Shown: positions 42,199 to 57,442 of the stretch, in pieces
Position numbering within the stretch: position 1 is the first letter of the stretch
Layout: the number at the start of each line of letters is the position of its first letter
NCBI RefSeq assembly: GCF_009914755.1
Contig: NC_060934.1
Reading direction: 5' to 3' (one strand)
DNA: 64,000 bases
DNA from: the human T2T-CHM13v2.0 reference genome, Homo sapiens
Translations under genes and position numbers: made by a program
The notes under the pieces: generated by a model
The model's database searches: none
What the model was told of the DNA's origin: nothing
The model's input: the letters and a program-made list of their open reading frames with translations, nothing else

Positions 42199-42492
42199 GG
42201 CGGGGTGCAGTGGCTCACGCCTATAAGCCCAGCACTTTGGGAGGCTGAGGCAGGCGGATCACTTGGTCAGGAGATTGAGACCGTCTTGGCTAACATGGTG
42301 AAACCACGTCTCTACTAAAAAATACAAACAATTAGCTGGGCGTGGTGGCACGCGCCAGTAGTCTCAGCTACTTGGGAGAATCGCTTGAAGCCAGGAGGCG
42401 GAAGTTGCAGTGAGCTGAAATCGCGCCGCTGCACTCTAGCCTGGGTGATAGAGCGAGACTCCGTCTCAAAAAAAAAAAAAAAAAAAAAAAAA
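42199..42492 (+). mobile_element. Alu (Sc/Y-like) with short right-arm deletion
   Basis: cttgggagaatcgc lacks gctgaggcagga; long pure A tail. Confidence 0.92.
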
Positions 42493-43519
42493 GCACTGAA
42501 AAGTTTCAATGGCCCTGGGGTTTCTAGTGATTCTTCCCTCCTGTTGATCTGTCTCATCAGTTGCATTACATTTTACCCAAAATGAATAATCTCCCTTAAA
42601 AATCCTTTGGGAGAATGGCAATATAGACACAAATATTATTATTTTTCTCCTAGCTTTGAACCAGTTCATGGTTTCTTTCATTGAGTACTAGATGAAGTGG
42701 CTATCTTGTTTTGTAAGAAATTTCCTGTGAAAAAAAATAACTATGCTTCTTTAAACTCTGTAATCCCCAGGATTTCATGTGAATCCTTCTAGTTTTCTAG
42801 TTTTCACTAGAAGAGAGAATGACCAAGGAAATAGCAAATTTCCATTTTCCAGCTTACGGTTGCTCCTGGAATATGCTAATTGAGTGTGGAATAGTCACAA
42901 AAATGTCTCATGCATTTCAAGTGTTTCACTTCTCCTCATAGAAAAGCGAATAAAATGGAATTTGCACAAATTAAATGTGCCTGTCTCAGAATGTGCCCCG
43001 AATCTTTACACATGTGCATCTTGTTAAATAATCACTGATGCTTTAAATGACATAAGAAAGCATTAGTCTTTTGCAACCCAAAGAATCTAAATGGACTGGA
43101 AAAATCTGAAAAGTGTGCTTTATCACTTTGTTTACAGCGAAATTGGAAAGACAATTGGAAAGAACTAAAATTAGCTCTGTTCAAAAATTATCAAAGAGAA
43201 TTGTAGAGCATGCAGTTCACAAAAATGTTATATGTCAGAGCTGAAAAATCAATGGACTAGCTCATGGTTTTATTAAAAATGACCCATGTTTTTCAAGATG
43301 GGCTTTCCCATTATGAACTAATTATCTCACTTTTGTTTGCCTTGTCATTCTCTACTGAATACGCCATGTGCCTTCCCTTCTCCAAACTCTGGACCCACCT
43401 TGTCTTCCAAGCATTGCTGCAGCAACCAACTTCATGGAGGTGTAACTACAAAACTTCTTACCTCAGTGGCAGCATTTTCTATGGCTTTCTGCCCCTGTGC
43501 CTCTCTGGATGTGCAGTGG

Positions 43520-43855
43520 TAGTGTTGAACAGTTGCTGGAAACCACCCAGCACTCACACATGTGCAACCTAGAAGTGAGAAGGAGTTAGTATGCCAAAGA
43601 GTAACCCTCGATCAGTTTGGTGGCATGAAGGGAGATGTCCATAGATACATTCTTCTTCTGTCCCTCTGTGGGTAATCCTGTGGCACATTCAATTTGCTAC
43701 TCAGACCACAGGTGATCACTACAAAAACAGACCATAGGGCACATCTATATATAAGCTCTTCTTCTTTCCCTGATTCCCCCTCTTCAGCCCCTTGCTTCTG
43801 TTCCCTGAGATCACTTTTCAAAATAAACTACCGTGCATGCAAACCCTTCAGTGAA
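43520..43855 (+). mobile_element. LTR16-like ERVL LTR
   Basis: tgtgcaacctagaagtg...gagatcacttttcaaaataaactacc. Confidence 0.6.
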
Positions 43856-43939
43856 ATTCTGTTATCCAAGACTCAAATTATCCAAGTGGTATTCAAATTA
43901 TAATGTACCCCAAAGTATGGAAAAGAATTAAGAAAGCAA

Positions 43940-44170
43940 CTAATATTTATTGAACATAAGCTATGTACCTGGTGATCAGCATGTGCTACCTTGTTTAATC
44001 TTCATCCCAGGCTTTTGTTGGCTATTTTGATCCCCTTGTTCCACATTAGATATCTGAGGTTCTTAAAGGTAATGAAATAGACAAAGGTTACACAGCTAAT
44101 AAGAAATGCAATAGGGATTTCAAATCCCGATTGTCTGATTCCAAACCCACCTTCTTTTCACCATGTCACA
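43940..44170 (-). mobile_element. MIR
   Basis: atttattgaacat...tttaatcttca...aaggttacacagctaataag. Confidence 0.75.
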
Positions 44171-44184
44171 GGGCCTCCCTTTTA

Positions 44185-44698
44185 TAGAAAAGAGCCAAAG
44201 TTGGCCTCTGTACGTTGGCCACTGGGCTGTTTATTTCTTCACATCTGGATGAGACCCATTAGCTTAAAAGCTCTGTGGCACCAAACCTGAATTTTGTATG
44301 TCCAGTTGTTTCAACACGGCCATAATAAGCAGAATTTTTTAGCCATTTAGAGCCTGCTTGCTTTGCATACCCCACAAAACTGTGCCAACATCTGCTAGTC
44401 ATAGGTAAGCTAAGCCCTTCTCTATACATACCCCATGCCACTGCTGCATTTTGCAGCTCTCTGACCCAGAGTCTCCCCATGCTGTTGAGTGATATCACGG
44501 AGACAGGTGCTCCCTTTCTGATCTGTATCTCCCTTAGGAGTTCTTAGCCTTCCTGCCTTTCTGGGTGGCACCCCTGTCATGGCCCCTACATGCAAATTTG
44601 TCAAAGGGTCACCTAAAAAAAAGCTTGTATTTTCTGCTGCCACCTCGTGGCCACATCTTTTTTCTTGCTCAGACTCAAAATCCCTGGAACCCCTTACA
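44185..44698 (+). mobile_element. MER89/MER90-class ERV1 LTR
   Basis: tttagccatttagagcctgcttgctttgcatacccc motif; subfamily uncertain. Confidence 0.5.
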
Positions 44699-46399
44699 CT
44701 CCCACTCTAGCTTGACTGCACTTGTAGTCTGTTTATCTGGCTAGCATGATAAAAATTTATCTGGCTAGCATGATAATAAACACAAGACTTGTTTGATAGA
44801 ACAGGGAATAAATCTATAAAATGCATGACCACAAGAGGTGACCCAGGATGAAAATATAAATAGATGCCAAGAAAATTCAGATAAATTCAAAAATGTCAAG
44901 GTCATACTGGCATTTTAAGATTTTGAATGTCACATTGACTTAATCTTGCAGATTATAGTCAAATAAGTTAAAAATTTGAAAGAAGGGAACTTTTTTGATT
45001 ATATAGTTATCCTCCATGGCTACTTAGCGTATTTCTTAGTAACTAAAATAATATGTATTGGATGTTTATGAAAGTAAAAGCAATGATTTTTCTACATCCC
45101 ATCCTTCAGTGTTACTATTATAAGGGTAATCTTCAGCTGAAGGACTCATGAAGCAAAGCCAAAGAGATGATTTTAAAGAATTTTTGGCCAATTTTGCTCC
45201 AAATATTTAGTATCTGACTCTATTCTAGCTAATGTATTTTACTAATTTTATAAAGTGCCCGTGCTACCAAAGATAAGACCCATTTGATTCAAGGCCACAA
45301 GTTGGCAAATTTAAACACTGAACTTTACTAATTTTTGACATTTCTATTGCCATAAATTAATATTTCCAAAATAGTCTCAAACGTTCCTAAATTTTATAAC
45401 CTGGCATGTCACAGTAATCCCCAAATTACATATTACAAATTAGACCAATTACTGTATGGCTTTAGAATGAGGCAGTAAAGAAATTGGAATATGATTTAAG
45501 TTGTTACAATGAATGAAGCATATGACTGGAAACTAGTAGCTGGGTATTTTAAACATCCAAAATGCGTAAAGAAGTTTTATCCATTAAAGACTTTTGCCAC
45601 ACACTGCATGACTTTTGAATACCTCTTGCTTGCAAAGACTTCATGTTACTTTATTTCTTCATTTCTAGATTTTAAAATTTATCCTGGCATGTTTTTCCTA
45701 TTGCACAAAGCATTATCTTTCTTTCTTGTGTAATTCTCAAGTAAGTCTAGTTGGCTAATAGTTAATCTAACATTAGATTTTATTCTAGCACATTCTTGTT
45801 TAAATTCTACTAACTTCCTGAGACTATTATATGAAAAGGCTTCTGGATTCTTACAAATAAATGTATTTATTATAAGTGGGTTTATTTATTATTAGTATTG
45901 TACCTAATATAATCATGCAAAAGTATTCAATATATAAACACATATTATTTCATTATTTTCCTCTTATTCCTCCTTCCTTTTACTTTTCCTCCATATTACA
46001 TACAAGGTTTTATATTGATTTGCTTGATTTTGTATTTAATTAGGTTATACTATTTATGAATATCATTTTGTGAGTAAATGAGATATAAAAATATTTGTAA
46101 CAAAAAGAAGGCTGTTAGGCCTGATGGTTATAAAAACTACTTTTTAGACTTTATTAAGAAAGGGTTGTCTTACCTCTTACTGGCTCTGTAGCCTCTAAAA
46201 ATTAGGTTTTATCACTTAACCTCAGACTTCTCAGGTGTGAAAAGAGAAACATAATATTGCCTCATGGGAATAGGTTGAGGCTAAAAATGAGATGATGCAT
46301 GCCAGAGTGCCAGGCTCATATAGATAGTCCTCTCTACTCTTATTTATAATTTGAAATTATACATTAAAAACAGGTGCTCACTCAAAATTCAGAACACAC

Positions 46400-47140
46400 A
46401 CAACCCACATTTTGAAATGGGCAAAAGATCTACACAGACAGTTAATCAAAGAAAATATACAGGTGGGAAATAAGCACACAGGAAGATGTTCAAAACTCAT
46501 CATTAAAGAAATACAAATTAAAACAACAATAAGGTATCATTACATACCTATTAGAGTGGCTCAAATCCAAAAATCTGACAATACCGACTGCTGGGGAGGA
46601 TGCGGAGCAACACGAACTCTTATTCATTGCTGGTGGAAATACAAAATAGTACATCCACTTTGGAAGACAGTTTTGCAGCGTCTTGAAAGCTAAACATAGT
46701 CCTAGCATATGATCCAGCAGTTGCCTTTCTAAGTATTTAACCAACTAATTCGAAAATTCATCCACACAAAAACCTGTACATGAAAACTTACAGCAGCGTT
46801 ATCCAAAATGATCCAAAACTGGAAGCAACCAAGATGTTATTCAATAGGCGAATGGATAAACATACTGTAAGTTACTGTCCAATGAAATATTATTATTCAG
46901 TGGAACACTCATCAGTAGAATATTATTAACATTTAATGATAAAAAGAAATACGCTATCAAGCCACTGAAAACACAGACGAATCTTAAACGTCATTGTTAA
47001 ATAAAATAAGCTAGTCTGAAGAGTTACATACTGGATGAATTGATTTAAGTGACATTCTAGAAAATTATAGAAATAGTAAGCAGATAAGTTGTTGACAGGT
47101 GGTGAGTAGGTGAAGGTTTGAAGAGATGAGGCACACGGTA
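46400..47140 (+). mobile_element. L1MB/MC 3' region
   Basis: ORF 46412..46693 gives an L1 ORF2 C-terminal-like peptide (KWAKDL...[13 protein letters not shown]); 3' UTR follows. Confidence 0.85.
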
Positions 47141-48139
47141 TTACACATTGGCTGCCAGGTGTCCCTCCTCAATATATGTGGCTTAAAAGTGATGCTATCA
47201 TGAGGCGTAGAGAAAATGCTTACTCATGAGTTGTTCATTGGATCACTTAAGAGTAAAGATGAAATTATACCTTAATTCCAAACTTAGTAAAGCACTGTTG
47301 TTACCCAGTAAGTTGGTATTAAGCATCAATATATCTCACACAGATCCTCTCATCTATATCAAAACCTCAAAACAATAGCGTAGGCTTTACTGTTTAAACC
47401 AAACAGCCCATCTTGATATTTGTTCAGACAAGCTTCAACTAATCTATTAGGAATCTTGTTCTTTAATGTTATCCCTGCCTATCCACATGAGTTCCATTAG
47501 AAGGAATGGTCTAATATGAAAGCCACATAAAGTTATCATGAGTCTACATACTTTTGTTTCTCATATAAGAGGGCCAACTTTTAAACTGTAGCATTTTCAA
47601 CCTTTGGAGTCTCCAAAATATATACTGTGGATGCCTCTAAATGTATAACAGTAATGTTGTAACCAAACAAAAGCATATAATGGATGAGTGCTACACACTA
47701 TAGCTTTCTTTTTGCCCACTAAGAAGAATTTTGGTGTGACTCTCTCAATATCCTTTCCACCCCTCCTCATCTGTTGCATTTCAAGAATGGGTGTAGAAAA
47801 AACAAAAGAAAAAAAAAAGAATGGGCATAGGAAAGAAGGCAGGAGGATTCTGGGAAAGGATTTAGGAAATTATTGGTGTGATGTACTATTATCACCCTCA
47901 TGGGGTTCCAAAATGCGAGGAAGAAACTTGAGCCACATTCATGTAATCCTGGGTCTTATTGTCTTATTTTCAAATGCAACCTTCACTGAAGAGGGAGCTA
48001 AATTCCCAAGATCAGACCTTTACTGGGTAGCAGAGTCAGGTCTTAGCTCCAGTTCATACTGGTTACAAAATCTGCCCTACTTTCACTATGCCAAAGATTC
48101 ATGGTTGGCTTAGATTTTAATTCACCTGCCTGGATTCAA

Positions 48140-48350
48140 CTGTCAGCTCCTACATGGCCTGGATTTGAATCCCAACTGTCTGGCCTTTGGCTAAATTGCC
48201 TAACATCTCATTGTCTCACATTCCTCATCTGTAAAGTGGTGATGATAATAATGCACACTTGATAGGATTAATTGTAAAGAATAAACTGTGTAATCTGTGT
48301 AGAGACATACAAATATAAATTGGCACATAGTAAGCATATAATAAATGTTA
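48140..48350 (+). mobile_element. MIR
   Basis: cctggatttgaatccc...ttcctcatctgtaaagtgg...tggcacatagtaagc. Confidence 0.75.
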
Positions 48351-49939
48351 ACCAAGACTCAGTTTTCCTTTGGATCACTTCTGGGTAATTATGTGAATTA
48401 TGTTGTTTTGCTAAATTTTTAAGGAAACAAAATATTTACATTAAATAAATATATTTGCTTTGTCATTAATTCCCATTTATTGGGACAGCAAAATCTTGAA
48501 AATCTAGTTAAGATGTTTCAAGAAGTTATAGTCATTATGTTCTTTCCTGCTCATTACTGGCTACATAGATGATACATTTTGTATTAAGTTAATTTGAAAC
48601 CTAAAAGAACTTATTTCCTGAGGACTGCAATTTTCAGGGATACTTCTTAATTTAAATAAAGTTTTTTCCAAGTCTTGATTTAAAGAAATAATGATATCCA
48701 TCAAATTGAACACTTGTCTATGTTGCTTACTCTTTCCCATGTGGGCTTGTCATTGACAAAAAAAGAAAATCAGTTTAAATGGAGCTATCACAGATGGTTC
48801 ACCCAGATAGCAAGGATGCTTTATAAGCTGAAACATCATCCAATAGGAAAAACACATGAACAACAATGAAAAGGTCTCCAATAATGCAGATATTATTATT
48901 ATTATTATTATTACAGGAGCAGTTGAACCACATTTTGCATGCAGTCAGTAACATCTTTTTAACCATATTGAGAATCCTTTCCCCCCACAGTCTGCTTTTG
49001 CATCTTAATGCTTTTGGGAACCAGTAGACTAAAAACAATATTATTTATGTTAATTGTGCTGTGAACTGCATTAATAAAAAGGCTTAGAAAACATTTGTGA
49101 TATTATGCATTTAAATTCTGTCTATATCTTTACCCTTCAGTGACAACAGCATTTGCACAAATGGTGATAGATTGAAAATAAATTCATATTTTGTGACAAG
49201 CTTGCAAATGTGAAGGGAATATTAATGGCAAAGCATGAACAAACGGAAAGCACTGGATTTTACAAAAGAGAATTTCAAGTACACCACTGCATCAGAGAAT
49301 AAGGTTTAAGGGTAAAGCAGGTAACTCATCTACAAGAATTCCTGTAACTTAGACTGGAATAATACACCTGCCACAGGTAAAATGAAGGGCCACACTGTGA
49401 GTGTTTTAACAACGGCATTAACAAACTCAGACATAGAGAGAAAATCAGGAACTCTGACTGGAGAATCTGTGCATGTCAGATGTATTAGTGATAGTGGGTC
49501 ACAGAGAATGGAGGAGAGCTCATTTGTACTATGTTGATGCTCTCACTTGAATAGCTAGGATTCAACAATTGTCAATGGAGCCCATGCATAATATATGAAA
49601 GCACCGTACAAGTGTAAACTTGATTGTTGAATTACAGTGATCTCAATTTAATCTTATCACAATCTCCATACAGGAAGGACAAATATTATCCCTCTACAGA
49701 TGAGAAAAAAGCTAAAACCAGGGAAGTTGTGATTTGCCCAAAATAACTGGCAACTATTCTTCTACATTAATACAATTGATTTTGTGAGAACACACCGTTT
49801 CAGAACAATGCATGGATTTCCCTAAACCAAGTTTCCCAGGCTGAATTCCGTTTCTCATGTATTGACCATCCAGTAACATCTTACTCATTGAGTGGTGATA
49901 CTTCTTCCTCTGCACAGTGCGATTTTGGCATCAGAATCA

Positions 49940-50460
49940 TATTATTCATTCAGTGTTGCACAACAATATAGCCACACACTTAGAAGCTTAACAATCACGT
50001 ATTCATTGTCTCACAGTGTCCATGGCTCAGGAATCTGCAAAAAAGGGATAATTTATCTGGGTTGCAGTATTATCTGAGGCTCAGGGGAGGAAGTTTCTGC
50101 TTTCCAACTTACTCATGTAGTTGGCAGGATTCAGTCTCCTGCAGTGGTAGTAATGAGAGCTTGCTGACTGTTTCCTGGAGGCTACACTCAGCTCCTAGAG
50201 GCCACCCACAATTCCTTACAACATGGGGTTTCCCAACATGGTCACTTGCTTCCTCAAGGTGAGTCCTTCCTCCAGCAAGTCCAGCACTGCAATGTTATGT
50301 AAATTAATCATATAATTATATACAAATAATGATGTACATCCTGTCACTTTCGTTGTTAAATTGCTTAGAAGCAAATCACAGGTGTCACCCACACTCGGGG
50401 TAGGGGATCACATAACAGCATGAACACAAAGAAGCAGGAATCATTAAATCTCCTGTCTGC
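49940..50460 (-). mobile_element. MLT1 (E/F-like) LTR
   Basis: tctcacagtgtccatggctcaggaatctg...gttggcaggattcag...agaagcaaatcacagg. Confidence 0.7.
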
Positions 50461-50916
50461 CATTGCATGAAATTGATCTGTTCAAAAATGTAACTGCAAG
50501 TGGCCACAGTCACTATTAACTTATGCAATCATATTAACAATTTGCTGTATTTTGCCATTCTTATGAAAAGATTAAAAAATTTAAAACTGTGCTAATATTA
50601 GTAATAACAATTTTTAGGCTCACCAATTCAATACAAAACTAGAAATTGTTATGTAAATATTCAGTCTCTGGCCGGTGTTATGATAACTTGAAATAAAAAA
50701 AGGAAATTAAGTAACATATAAACAGTCTAAATATATATTGATAATGGCCGTATCTAAAATAAAATTGTGGGATTTATACTTGGTTGTGGCTCTATTGAAA
50801 CACTTCTTATAAAGTGTAAGGGCACAAGTAAATTTTTGCACGGATCAATTTCATGTAATGGCACATGCATTCACTGTGTGTGAAAGTAAGCACTACCTCT
50901 AGTTAATAAGTGGTCA

Positions 50917-51381
<465 letters not shown>

Positions 51382-51399
51382 TCAAGTTTAACTGTCAAA

Positions 51400-51950
51400 G
51401 ATTAAATCTCACTATGGCAATGTCTGCTTAAAATCCTCCAATGCATTTCATTGCACATAAAACAGTCCAAAAATAGTTAACATGGCCTGCAAGGCAGTGT
51501 GATCTGATTTCTGCTCACCCTCCCCAACACTTTCTCCCCATACTCTTATCTCAACTACACAATGCTTGTGTTAACTTCTCAGATAACCCGCACTCCTCTG
51601 TACACGTAGCTGTGGCTGCTCTCCATGCTCTTTCACCATTCATTGACTCTCTATTCTATTTATTACTAATATTGTAAGTAATTTTTCCTCAGAGAAGCCA
51701 AATTGTTTTGTAAGTACCTTGTTGAAGATGGAATTTATCTCAGTTTATAACTGCATACTCATTAAAATACATATACATTATCATTTGATGAGTAACTTTC
51801 TATTAGACCAAAAGTGAGTAAAGCAGAGACTGGTGAAGTCCAATTATGCATATGGTATATGCATAATCTCCAAATATGGTACTTATTGCTCAGCACCATG
51901 CTTGGAACATAGTAGATTGTTCAATAAATGTGTTTAAAGATGAATCAATT
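51400..51950 (+). mobile_element. L2 3' region
   Basis: ctgcttaaaatcctccaatg...catagtagattgttcaataaatg. Confidence 0.6.
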
Positions 51951-52051
51951 AACCAAAAAACGAGTCAGGCAAAAATGATTACCAGTGTTTCTACACAAGA
52001 ACTTTCATCTCCTGTTTCCTAATTCAATCTCACATCATTTGCCTCGCTTTC

Positions 52052-52225
52052 ATTTTTTTATTTTTGTTTTTATTTTATTTTTTAGTGACAGGTTCTCTCT
52101 CTCACCTAGGCTGGAGTGCAGTGGCACGACCATAGCTCACTGCATCCTTGACCTCCTGGGCTCAAGCAATCCTCCCATCTCAGCCTCCTGAATAGTTGGG
52201 ACTATAGATGCATGCTATTATGCCT
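52052..52225 (-). mobile_element. Partial AluJ/FRAM monomer
   Basis: ggctggagtgcagtggcacgaccatagctcactgcatccttgacctcctgggctcaagc. Confidence 0.85.
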
Positions 52226-52831
52226 CACTCTAACTCATTGACTGTTCTATGTACTTGTAGAAGCAAATGGTAATCCATTTTCAACAGGTGAAATTAAATG
52301 AATTTTTTAAATTTGGATATAGGAATATAATTAAGACTGAGAATAAAAAATATAGTGCTTTAGAAAAATAATTTTTGCCTTATTTTCAAAGATGAACATG
52401 GTATTAAGATTCTGGAAGTAATGAAGGCTTTTATTTTCTTTACAGACCAGTGGGGCCCAATCTTCTCCCTTCTGTAGCTTGTGAGTACTTAGTTTATAAG
52501 TTAAAGTGTGTTTAGGTGTCCATTGAAATCACACACATATACATAACTTTGGTCCTGCAACCTCCCATTTAAGAATCAATCATAGAGGAGAAATATTAGA
52601 AGACAAATAAATGTAGATAGTTGCTGCGCATTGTTATAAAATCAAATCAGAACTGTCATAAGTGGTGTTTATTAGTAGGAATATGTTTAAATAAAATATG
52701 TTATATCCAAAGTATGGAACTATAGTATATACAAATTATTAAAAGAATGGATTCACTCTTTATGGAAAGATGATAATATGTGTTGTATAATTTCACGCAG
52801 TTAAAGAAGTGGAAGAGACAGTATTTCTTTA

Positions 52832-53549
52832 CAGAGATGCTTCTTGACTTATAGTGGGTTATGGCCTGATAAAACCATATTAAGTTAAAAATATCATAAA
52901 TTGAAAATGCATTTAATACACTTAACCCACCGAACATCATAACTTAGCCTAGGCTACCTCAAATGTGTTTGCCACATGTTACATTAACCTACAGTTAGGA
53001 AAAATCATCTGGCAACACAGTGCACTGCAGAGTAGCACTTGTTTATCCTCCACTTGTTTACCTCCTGATGGCTGACTAGGTGCTGTGCCTCACTACTGCT
53101 ACTCAGCAATGTAAGAGTATCCTACCACATATTGCTAGCCCAGAAAAAGATCAAAGTTCAAAATAAAGTATGTGCCTGCAATTCCAGTGCCTTGGGAGTC
53201 CAAGTTGGGAGGATCACTTGGGGCCACGAATTTGAGACCAGCCTGGGCAACATAAAAAGACCGTCTCTACAAAAAATGAAAATTTATCTTGGTGTGATGG
53301 CACATACCAATAGTCTCACCTACTCGGGAGGCTGAGGCAGAAGGATTATTTGAGCCCAGGTGGTCAAGGCTGTAGCAGCTCTGATTACCTCACTCACTCC
53401 AACTATGGTGACACAGCAATACCCTATCTCTAAAATTTAAAGAAAAATTGAAAATTGCAAGTATAATTTCTACCAAATGTGTATCTCTTTTGAACCATCA
53501 TAAAGTTGAAAAATCGTTGTTGAACCATTGTTAAGTTGGGGACCATCTG
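52832..53549. mobile_element. MER47 (B-like) Tigger element interrupted by AluJ
   Basis: gatgcttcttgactta...aaatgcatttaatacac...aagttggggaccatctg, TA-flanked. Confidence 0.8.
53170..53447 (+). mobile_element. 5'-truncated, diverged AluJ
   Basis: ggaggatcacttggggcc...tctacaaaaaa...gagcccaggtggtcaaggctg. Confidence 0.85.
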
Positions 53550-55947
53550 TATACCCAAATATCAATATGGTCATAAAGAAAGGGGTAGATAAATTCAGGC
53601 AAAAAAAATTAAGTTTATTTCTGAAGAAATAGTATTATTGGAATGGGGAGTGTTATCTTTATATATTTATACTTTTTTCTGAATTGCAATGAAGCAATAT
53701 ATATGATCTTTAACAGTAACATACAAATCCTTTTATTTAAGGAATAAGACAAATTTCCTAAAAGCTAAATCTTGGAGGCAGTTTTCACAGAAGTTAAATA
53801 ATCAAAGAGAATTCATTCTTACATTTCAGGAAAATTTGAAAAACTAAAGAAAAGAAATTTTGTACTACAGTCTCAAATATAATCAGCAATTATATTCAAA
53901 TTCAGGAGGAAGAGAGATTCAAAATGATTCTGAGATAAGTCTTCATGATTTGCCCATTGTTATTTCATTCCAGCCTTGACATGGAGTTAGTCTGCTTTAA
54001 TTCTGTTAGAATTAATAAATGCTGATTGTAAATAGATCTGGGGTGATCTTTTTCTCCCTCCTACTTCAGCTAAAAAAATTTCCATTTGCTGGCTCTATAA
54101 GGGAACTTCATGGGCTCTGCCATTGCACGTTGTTTTGTTGACTGGTCTTCAGTAAATGTTTGTTAAAATCAAGTGAAGATATCACATGGATCCTTTTGGA
54201 TATTCCCTTTAACGTCTAAGGAACTTCTGCAGAGAAAGCTTGGTTCAACGATATCTATTTGTCCCAGGGTGGATCTTGCAATCAATATTACAAAGAGTGA
54301 ACACATCTGCTCTTTTAAAAGAGCAGTGGTATATGGAGTATGTGGAGTCAGCCACCCTTTCTACTACTTCTGCACAGTGGTGGTGAGGTGAGGCTAGTTA
54401 GAGCAAGACACTCCATCACTACTACCAAACATTAATGGTATACTTAATCCAAAGAAAGAAAGCTCTTGAAACTTTAAGTCAAATTGCTTCTAATATTGTT
54501 TCCTCTACACAAAGCATCTCAGCTGAATTTTCCCTATTGTGACAAGCCATTTGAATCCTCAAATCATTTCTTTCCTATCATTCAAATCTTAGATCATCAA
54601 TATTATTTGAAGCGGAAATCTGCACTGTAATAAGATATTGCAATTATGGCTGAGGTTTATAATCTTTTTGTAAGTAGGTTGAGTTTAGAGCAATCTGGAT
54701 GTTTTCATAAGGAGGCTTTGTCTTGATTTGCAAGGGCATCAATAAGGCAGACATTTCAAGTTGCCTCTAGTCATGCAACAGAAAGCAGTGTGAAGGCCAT
54801 TTATCCAGGGCATTCATTCCACGCTGGTTCAACCAAGCTCAAAGCACCTGTTTTCTTTATTAGCACACACACTGCTTGAATTACCCTGATAATTGCCTAA
54901 ACTCTTCCTTTTACTTTGCCTGTGGGGACAGTCTGCCAACATCCAGGGCTTCAACCAAGAACGACAAGAACCCACAGGAGGCTGCATTTCACTCTTTCCA
55001 GCTGAAGGAATAACTGGAGCAGAAATACGAGCTAGTCACCAGATTTTCCCACTTGATTTCGGTGCTTATCTGTCCTTCTAAAAATACCCATAGGCATTTT
55101 TTTATCAGTGTGTTATAGATCAAACCACATCATTCACTTCAACTGCCCTCTAAGGCTGCTGTATTTTTTAATGGCATCCAATTTTCCAAGCAAATGAGAA
55201 TTTGCCGAATCAAAGTTACCAAGTCTATCAATAAGGTAATGTCAGTTTCAGGATGGAAAAGCTCACTTGAGTTTTAATGAGACATTTATCTTCTGATTAT
55301 TTTTTCTTAGATTCTAAAAAAAAGTTGATTATCTTCCTGAGAAATCTATGGGCTGAAAACTATGTAGCTCAACAACATCACTTTCATTGATACATGCAAG
55401 TAGCTAAAAGAGAGCCCACTGTATCCAAGGCATGACTGGGTTGAGGACAGGTCATAAAGACAGAAAAAAAATTGACCTGCCCCTGCCCCTTTCTCCACTC
55501 TAGGAGAATATAATTTAATTAGGAAAGGAAGAGGTCAATTAAAATTACTAAGTAAGGCATTAAGACAAAAGAAGAAGAAGAAAGAAAAAAGTCTTAAAAG
55601 GAGAGCATGGAAAGTGGTTTATTATCTAAAGAGAAAGAAAATTATTTTTGCCTGTGTCAAGGGGCAAAATAAGAAATCAGGAAGATGTCAGAGGAATGAG
55701 TGCATATTTGAAGAATAGATTAGAAAGAAATGGAAAGGGGATGTGTCACAAGCAAAGTCTTCAAAAAATCTAGGGTGTCTTTGAACATGATAATCTTTGC
55801 TCAGCTATAGTATCAAATAAGTATGTGTTTTAAAAGACTTTACTCAAACAGTTCAGGGAATTGGGGATTCCCAAAGATTGTCCAATGCCAATATAACAAG
55901 TGTCTATACACAAGAAAGAACAAATGCCCAATCTCCAAAAAACTAAT

Positions 55948-56480
55948 GTATCAGTTATCTTATGCTGTGTAACAAGCTATCACTAAACCTAGTAGTTTCA
56001 AACAACACACAATTATTATCTCACAGTGTCAGGAGCCTGGGCATAGCATAATGGGTTCTCTGCTTAGAATTTTACAAGACTGCAATCAAAGTGTCAGCCA
56101 GCCTATGATCTTTTTTGGAGCTGGGCATCATCTTCCAAGCTCATATGGTTGTCGGCAGAATTTAATTCTTTGTGGATGGTAGGACTGAGGCTCTCCTAGA
56201 GGCTGTCCCGGTTCCTTGCCATGTGGCCCTCTCCATAGACTGTTCACAACATAACAGCTTGCTTCTTCAACACTAGCAGGGAGATTCATTCTCTCCAGCT
56301 TCCTAAGAAGGAATCTTCTACAGTATAAGCACTCATCACTTTTGCCATATAACATTACCTGATCAAGATAGTAATTTCCAAACACATTTGCAAAAGGCTA
56401 ATCGTTAGAATTAAGACAGGGATCCCATTCATACTCAAGAAGAGGAGAGTATACAAGGGTGTGGTCATTGGGAACCACCA
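55948..56480 (-). mobile_element. MLT1 (E/F-like) LTR
   Basis: tgtatcagtt...gctgtgtaacaa...attatctcacagt...gtcggcagaattt. Confidence 0.7.
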
Positions 56481-56764
56481 CATATGGAAACAATATAAAT
56501 GGATTAATCAGGCTGGCATAATAATGTTCACAAATATGGATTGGACATTTGTCTTTGTGCAACTATGAATTATAACTCATTTTTATTTTCTTTATGTTTA
56601 CAAAGGAATAAAACTTACAGACAGTATCAACCTTAGACCTGGGTAACTAGACTGCTGTCGCTGGCCCTATACTGTAGAGGTCCCTGCTATAGCATTCTCC
56701 TAGCTGTGTCTTTCCATATGAAGCAAGAAGTAAGTGAGGCCCAGGAAATAACCAAACTAGAGCT

Positions 56765-57442
<678 letters not shown>

